NCBI GenBank assembly: GCA_025558095.1 | Contig: JAIVFI010000024.1 | Span: 62,001 to 126,000 of the forward strand | Origin: Hyaloraphidium curvatum SAG 235-1 | Lineage: Eukaryota; Fungi; Monoblepharomycota | Length of the DNA stretch: 64,000 nt | Direction: 5' to 3' | In this document: positions 57,701-64,000 of the stretch, in pieces | Position numbering within the stretch: the first letter of the stretch is position 1 | Layout of the letters: the number at the start of each line of letters is the position of its first letter | Made by a program: the position numbers and the translations under genes | The notes under the pieces: model-generated | Databases searched by the model: none | Told to the model about the DNA's origin: nothing | What the model saw: the letters and a program-made list of their open reading frames with translations, nothing else

Positions 57701-60700
57701 CTCGCCCGAGGATCTGCAGGCCACGCACCTGGCCATCGGGCGGTGCCTGGCGCTCAAGCTGCAGAAGCGCGGGGACTCGGACCAGAAGCTCATCTTCGGC
57801 ATCCTGGAGCACTACCACAAGGGCCTGGTGGACGACCTGCTCAAGGGGACGAGTCCGGAGCTGCACGCCGAGCTGCGCAACCTGGTCGCGCTCAACGCGC
57901 AGGCGGGGAAGCTGGCCGTAGCTGCCGGCGCGTACAACGCGGGTTACAAGTACTACATAAAGGGCCTCGAGTTCCAGGACCGGCTGCGCGGCGGGCTGCC
58001 CATCAAGGGCAGCGGGGACCCGGACTACCGCCTCATGTTCAACATGCACTACTGCGCGGCCGAGGCGGCGTACCTGTCGATCCTGTACGACGAGACCAAC
58101 CGCCTGGTGGAGCTCATGGACGCCTACGTGGTGGACCCCGTCGACAAGGCGCAAGTGCAGACGCTGCAGATCAGGGTGTCGATGGCACGGGACCGGCCGC
58201 AGGAGACGATCCTGCGGAGCCTGCTGGTGCTCGACAACCTGGGCGTCAACATCCCCCGCAACCCCAACCGGCTGCAGCTGCGCTCGTTGTTCAGCGAGGT
58301 CCGCAGTTTCCTCCGCGGCAGGACGGACGACATGCTGGTCAACCTTAAGGTGGGTCTGCTTAGCCTTTGCTCCTTGCGTTCCTCTTATTCGTCGCCTCCA
58401 GGATACCTCCAACCAGCAGGATCGCTTCGTCGTCCGCATTCTCAACGACCTCATCCTCTACACCCTCCACTTCGAGCCGCGGCTCTACACCGCCGTCGCC
58501 CTCAATTATGCCCTGCGCACCTTCCGCACGGGCCACCTCGCGTACGGCTTCGTCGTCTACGCCACCCTGCTGGCGGGCCAGAACAGGGATTTCGACGGTG
58601 CGTCTCATGCCGGCCGACTCGCTTGATGGCTTGATCCGAACGGCTTTGGCTCCACAGAGGCGTACCGTTTCTGCAAGATCGCTCTGCGGCGATCCGAATT
58701 CCTTACTGATCAGACAACAAAGGCCCGGACCATCGTTGGCGCGCTGATGTTTGGCATCGACTACAAGGAGAGCCAGCGGGAGGAGGTGCCGCTGATTCTC
58801 AACGCTCTGGGTGGGTGCCTCGCTGCCCTTTCCATCGACAGGCACTAATCCGAGCACCCTTCCAAGACATGGCATGGGAGACTGGTGACTCGGAGGACAT
58901 GGCGCTGTGCGCGGTCAAGTTGGGGGTGACGGGCTTTTGGTCGGGGTGTCCGCTGCGCAGCCTGAGGGAGGAGTTTGCGCCCCGGATCGTGCAGACGATG
59001 CGGGCCATCCAGCGGCCCATGCAACAGCGATGGGTGGCGCCGTACTTGCAGGCGATCGACTGCCTTTCCGGCGCCGTCGACGACCCAGGGAAGCTCGTTG
59101 GGGAGTGGATTGACCTCGAGGAGGAGCTGCAGGAGCCGGTGAAGAACCGGTTCCAGGGCGATGCCAACGCCGCGATCATCGCTTCCGCCATGGACATGCT
59201 GCTGGCTTACATGTGGAAGGACTATCGGCGCGCTATGCGGGATCTGGCCCTGCTCAAGGCGGCGCAGGGCAAGGCCAAGGCTTACCGGTCTTCGGAGGAG
59301 GTCCCCTTCACTTGGCTCGAGATCCTGGTGCGGATCAAGAACCTGTGGTTTGCGCGCGAGGAGAAGCGGGCGCGGGGCAAGGAGGCCGCGCCGGTCGCGG
59401 AGGGCCTGGAGGCGGTCGGCCCCGCGCTCGCGATCCCGGAGGACGAGGAAGAGCTGGACATGGTGGAGACAGAGCCTTTCCGCTTCACCATCTTTTCCGA
59501 ACTGGCAGAGCTGCGGCGGATAAAGGGCCTCTTGAAGACTTTGGAGGAGTTTGCAACCATGGCACCCATGAACCAGCGGCACCGGTTCCTCATCGCGTCG
59601 GCCGAGCTCGCTGCCTACAAGGGCGATATCCGCGCCTTGGAATTCTACGAGGCGGCGGCGACCGAAGCAAAGAACCGGTCTTTCCAGTGGGAGTACGGCT
59701 TGATTCGCGAACTGCATGTCGAGTTCCTCCTGTCCCTCAAGAACGTCACCAGCGCAAAGCAGGTCATGCGGGAGGCGCTCCATTACTACGCCAAAGATGG
59801 AGCAGTGGCCAAGGCGAAACATCTTGAGTTCCTGTATCCCCAGCTCATCAGCACCAAGACGGACTTCGCGGCGCGGACGCTCATGATTGGTTCCGACTCG
59901 AAGGATGGCGCGATGGCGATCACCAACTCTGTCATGGGCGAGTCGGTGGACGTTCTGACGCTCTTTAAAACGACGCAGGCAATCTCGAGGCAGCTGTCGA
60001 TAGAAAAGCTGCTCGAGACGCTGGCTGGGATCGTGCTGGAGAGTTCGGGAGCGCAAAAGGTGTCGTTTGTCGTGCTTCGCAGAAACGCGCCGAGGATCAT
60101 CGGAGAGGGTTGGATCGAGCAGGCTTCTGCCGATGAGAAGGGTCGCGGCACTCGCCAGTCTTACAGTGGTTCGGAAGGTGGAGGCCCCCGCAGTAAGCGG
60201 AGGAGCGGACAACGGCTTTCATCGACGGCCACTATTGGGACCGGAATCGCAAACGCCGAGCGGACATCGCGTGCCCAATCTCAGCCGGATCTGCGGCTCA
60301 ACGTGGGCACTTCTGTTCCGGACCGCCGCCCTTCGGCCTTTTCGGAACCTGGCCTCTCGCCTATACTGGCGACGGACAACGTGATGGACGGTCCGAGCGA
60401 CCCGCTTGATGTCGTGCGATCGGGCTCGTTTGGCAGGGCCGACGTCGTGGAGGAGATTCCGCTGCAGATGTTCCCGCCTATGGACAAGCAAGCCGCGGCC
60501 CGCAGGGCATCGGCAAAGTCGGCGGACTACATCGCCAGCGCTATCGCGGCGGCCAACGGACTCCTGATGACAGCGGCCAACGGCGCTCCGGGCAGTCCGG
60601 CAACGCCGGCCAGCTCCGCCATGAAGCCCAGCAGTCGTCGGGGCTCCATTGTCGAGTTCGCCAACGCCGTGGCTCATCCTGCGTCGATCTTGGACAAACG

Positions 60701-62297
60701 CAAGTCCGTTGACAAGGGGTTCAACGCCAATGCCTCGCGACGCGCCTCGGTCACGATCGTCAAGCCGGAGGAAGCTGCGGCTCGCAAGCAGTCGTATCAG
60801 GGAAACTCGACGGAGCGGAGCAATTCTTTTTCGGGCGTCTCTGGTGGTGCCTCCAACCCCGTCAATGGCAGCGATGAGGACAATCGGCGACCATCCGACT
60901 CGTCGGTGGCGGCTCAGACGAACCCGAACATGCGCTTCCTCACGACCGACAAGCCGGTGGACTACGACACGTTGCCCTTGACCATCGTCAACTACGTGAT
61001 TCGGACGAAGGAGAGCGTTGTGCTTGACAACGCGATTGCGGACCCGCGCTTCATGCACGACAACTACATCGTCAAGTACAAGCCGCTCTCGATCCTCGCC
61101 TTCCCCATCGGTCTGCAGAAGAACAACATGCTCGGGATCGCGTACCTCGAGTCCCGCGCCCTCACGGGCGTCTTCACTGCCGACAGGCTCTACGTGCTCA
61201 ACATCGTCTTTGGGCAGGCCGGCATCTCGCTCGAGAACGCGCGGCTCTACTCGGCCATCAACAAGTTCGTGCCCAACGACATGATCTCGCAGTTGTCACA
61301 CGAGAGCGTGGTCAACGTTCAGCTGGGTGACTGTATCGACACCGAGATGAGCGTGATGTTTACAGAGTGAGTTCGGTGGCGAGTTTCCTGTTCGACGCTC
61401 GCTCACCTTTCCCTGTTCAGTGTCCGCGACTTCACCTCCATGTCGGAATCCATGACGGCACGCAAGACCCTCAACTTCCTCAACGCTTATCTGGGTCGCA
61501 TGCAGCCCGTAATCGAGCAGAACCGCGGCATCATCGACAAGTACTTTGGCGACGGCATCCTCGCCCTCTGGCCGACGGACCCGGACCATGCGGTCGAGGC
61601 CGCCATGGCGATGCAGCGCGAGCTGGCGCAGTTCAACCAGAAGATCGCGCAGGACAACACCTGGCTCGGCCGCGAGATCCGGATCGGCGTCGGGGTGCAC
61701 ACGGGCAGGCTGATGTTGGGGGCTATCGGGTCCAAGAACCGTATCGACATGTCGGTCATTGGCGACACCGTCAATTTGGGTGAGTTGTTTGGCTGTGGCG
61801 AGCGTTGTCGCAGGACTGATTCTCTGCTTGCAGCTTCGCGCCTCGAGGGCCTGACCAAGTACTACAAGGCGGACGTCATCGTCTCGGAAGGGACGCATCA
61901 CAGGTTGAAGCGCCCGCAGAACTTCAATTTCCGCCTGTTGGACCTGGTGCGCCCCAAGGGCAAGGCCGAGGCCATCCGGATCTACGAGCTCATCGATGCC
62001 GAGTACGACGAGGGCCTGCGCGCGCGAAAGATCGCCACCAAGGACCGCTTCAACGACGGTGTGATGCTGTATCAGAAGAAGCAGTTCGCACCCGCGCTGG
62101 AGCGCTTCGAGGCGACGCTCGCCGGTGCGGCCGACGACTCGGTGGCACGCATGTACAGGGACCGGTGCCGCAAGATGCTGGAGAAGATTGCGGGGGGATT
62201 CAGGGTCGATAACTGGGACGCCGTTGAGGTGTGTTGTTCGCTTCGGTCGCTCCGAACAGGCACTAACGCTCCGGTGCAGGTCATGTACGACAAGTGA
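54755..62297 (+). CDS. Multidomain Ser/Thr kinase - AAA (STAND) ATPase - TPR-like - GAF - class III adenylyl/guanylyl cyclase (about 7 introns)
   Basis: Kinase motifs VILK, HKDVTPQN, DFA, GTLAWIPPE and SDLYGLG. ATPase motifs LYGRERE, GYSGIGKT, FLDDMQWAD, GGNPFY and FLHDRIMQAAY. GAF motifs IVNYVIRTKESVVL and FTADRL...QAGISLENARLY. Cyclase motifs MFT-D-VRDFT (spliced), DKYFGDG and IGDTVNL|ASRLEG. Confidence 0.93.
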
Positions 62298-62647
62298 CCT
62301 CCTGCTCGCGCGAAGGACCGCGCTCAAGATACCCCGGCACGCTTTTGAACATAGCCATTTTGATCATCCCGAGCTGTTGCCTTCTTTACTATGTCTGATA
62401 TGTAATGTCGGCTTGAACATCAGCTGAATTTTTGCTTCAATCGCCCTTTCACGCAATCGACCTGGGCCGAGTGCTTTGCCAGAGACGCTCGGGCCCGCCC
62501 GAACTCCGCGGTGCAATTCCGCCAATCTGGGCAGCGATCCGCCGCCTAGATCCACGCAGCTCTCTTTGCGGGCTATTTTCAGCCTCTTTCCGCACCATCG
62601 TGCCCTCCCGAGGCCTGGCGTAGCGCCCCCCGAGCGCGGAGCCAACA

Positions 62648-64000
62648 ATGAAGCGCCAACCCGCGAGCAGGCAGAACCTGCTCGAAAAGGCTGGCCGCAC
62701 TTTCTCTATCGCCCAGCTCGAAAACAAACGCGGTCGGGTAGTTGCTCTGGCCGCATGGGGCGCCGTGGTCGTCGGAGCCGTGCTCCTCGTGGGTCTCCGT
62801 GTTCGCGCCCGCCCCGCCCGCAAGCTCCACGCCAATCTTCTCGACCCCGCAGCTCGCCCTCTTAGTCGGCTTCTCCAATAAGCACGCTGAGCTCCCGTCC
62901 CCCCAGGCCCGTGCAGACCTGCTCGCGGAGCTTACTCTTTTCCGCCGCTCCGGCCCGGGCGCAGAGGACCTTCCGCACGCCATGCACGAACCGGGGATGC
63001 TCGCTGGCACCGGTGCTGTGTTCCTCGGGAAGCGATTCGAGGACGCGCTGAAGCTGGGGAGGAGGGAGGTGGAGGTGTCGGTACCCGGTGCGGGGCCGAC
63101 GCAGGGCACTGAGGAGCTCGCCGGGCACTCGGTGGACGAAGGGTTCGAGGTGACCACGGGCCACGTGGAGGGATCTGAAGAAGAGGTGGACCCCGATGGT
63201 GCGCCGACGGTGGCGGACCTCGAGTCGGGGCCGGGCAGCATCATGCGCCCCCAGATCGAGTGGCCCGCGGGCTCCGAACCCGAATTCAACGGCACCGAGA
63301 CGGACGGGGAATTGGGCGCAGAGATTGCCGCCGTGGGAAGCACGAAGCAGACGCGTCCCCGCACGACGAGGAAGTCGACCCGCAGGACAACGACGACCCA
63401 AAGGACGCCGCCGCGATCCACGGCGGTGCCTGTCACCAACCTGCCCGTGAGCAGGGACTTCCGGTGCGGCCAGGGGGCCGGGACCCAGTGTCCCAGCGGT
63501 CTATGCTGCTCGCAGTATGATTGGTGCGGAGTGACCGATGGCCAGTGGGTTTCTGGGTGATCGGCTGTGCTCGGGTTGCGTTGAAGCTGACGTCATCCCG
63601 CGATTACAGCTGCGCACAGGGCTGCCAGCGCGGCTTCGGGCGCTGCAACGGCTTCGAAAACGTCCTTCCACCTGCCCCGCCTGCCCCGCCGTCCCTTCCC
63701 TCTCCGCCTGCACCCCCTGTGCCGTCGCGGCCCCCCGGCCGGGGAGCAGGTGTCGTCATGTACCTCGCCAACTGGGGCCCGCAGGACATCTCCGGATTCG
63801 ACCTGAACGGGATCGACGTCATAAACTACGCTTTCGTCAGCATGAGGCAGGACGGGTCGCTCACGTCCGGCGGGGACTATGCTCGCGGTCCGTCTCACCG
63901 CTTGTTGCTGGCCATCCTTCCCTCATACTCCCGCTCTCGCAGGCGGCATGCAGTACACCCTAAACAAGGTCCTCAAGGACCGCTACCCCGGCCTCCGCAC
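62648..64000 (+). CDS. GH18 chitinase with a CBM18 (hevein) module and an N-terminal membrane anchor; 3' end outside window
   Basis: N-terminal TM and a Thr-rich linker, then CG....QCPSGLCCSQYDWCG...C..GCQRGFGRC and RVVMYLANWG...IDVINYAF. Confidence 0.8.

Noticed and set aside
55398-58454. Very long antisense and alternative-frame ORFs (e.g. 55398-58454 -, 9909-11501 +, 33654-35969 +, 28731-30614 -)
   Set aside because: They are shadows of real genes, caused by high GC3 and stop-codon depletion, and contain no recognisable motifs.
1-64000. Bacterial origin, operons or defence island for the window
   Set aside because: Spliceosomal introns, actin, Dsn1 and Yme1 show eukaryotic nuclear DNA, and no transposase, integrase, tRNA or rRNA was recognised.

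Overview
This is gene-dense, GC-rich eukaryotic DNA with about 29 protein-coding genes. Many genes are broken by short (about 50-120 nt) GT-AG introns with CTGAC/CTAAC-type branch sites, so the ORF track fragments them. A CBM18-GH18 chitinase, GT34/GT32 glycosyltransferase domains, a Dsn1/Mis13 kinetochore gene and a cytochrome b5-acyl-CoA dehydrogenase fusion point to a fungus; an early-diverging (chytrid/monoblepharid-like) lineage is my inference. I saw no rRNA, tRNA, CRISPR array or transposase. The most interesting items are: (1) a 7.5-kb intron-containing gene for a bacterial-style Ser/Thr kinase-STAND ATPase-TPR-GAF-class III adenylyl cyclase, whose GAF domain carries an insert rich in PKA-consensus sites; (2) two intronless paralogous 7-TM proteins with the topology of gustatory-receptor-like 7TM ion channels; (3) the same SP-RING (MIZ) coding module, with an identical intron position, attached to both a Sel1-repeat protein and Dsn1; (4) a PolX-fold protein lacking its catalytic aspartates but carrying PIP-like motifs; (5) a GT34-GT32 fusion; and (6) several secreted proteins with novel repeats or bacterial-looking domains. 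All calls come from motif recognition by eye; no searches were run, and some start codons and exon boundaries are approximate.
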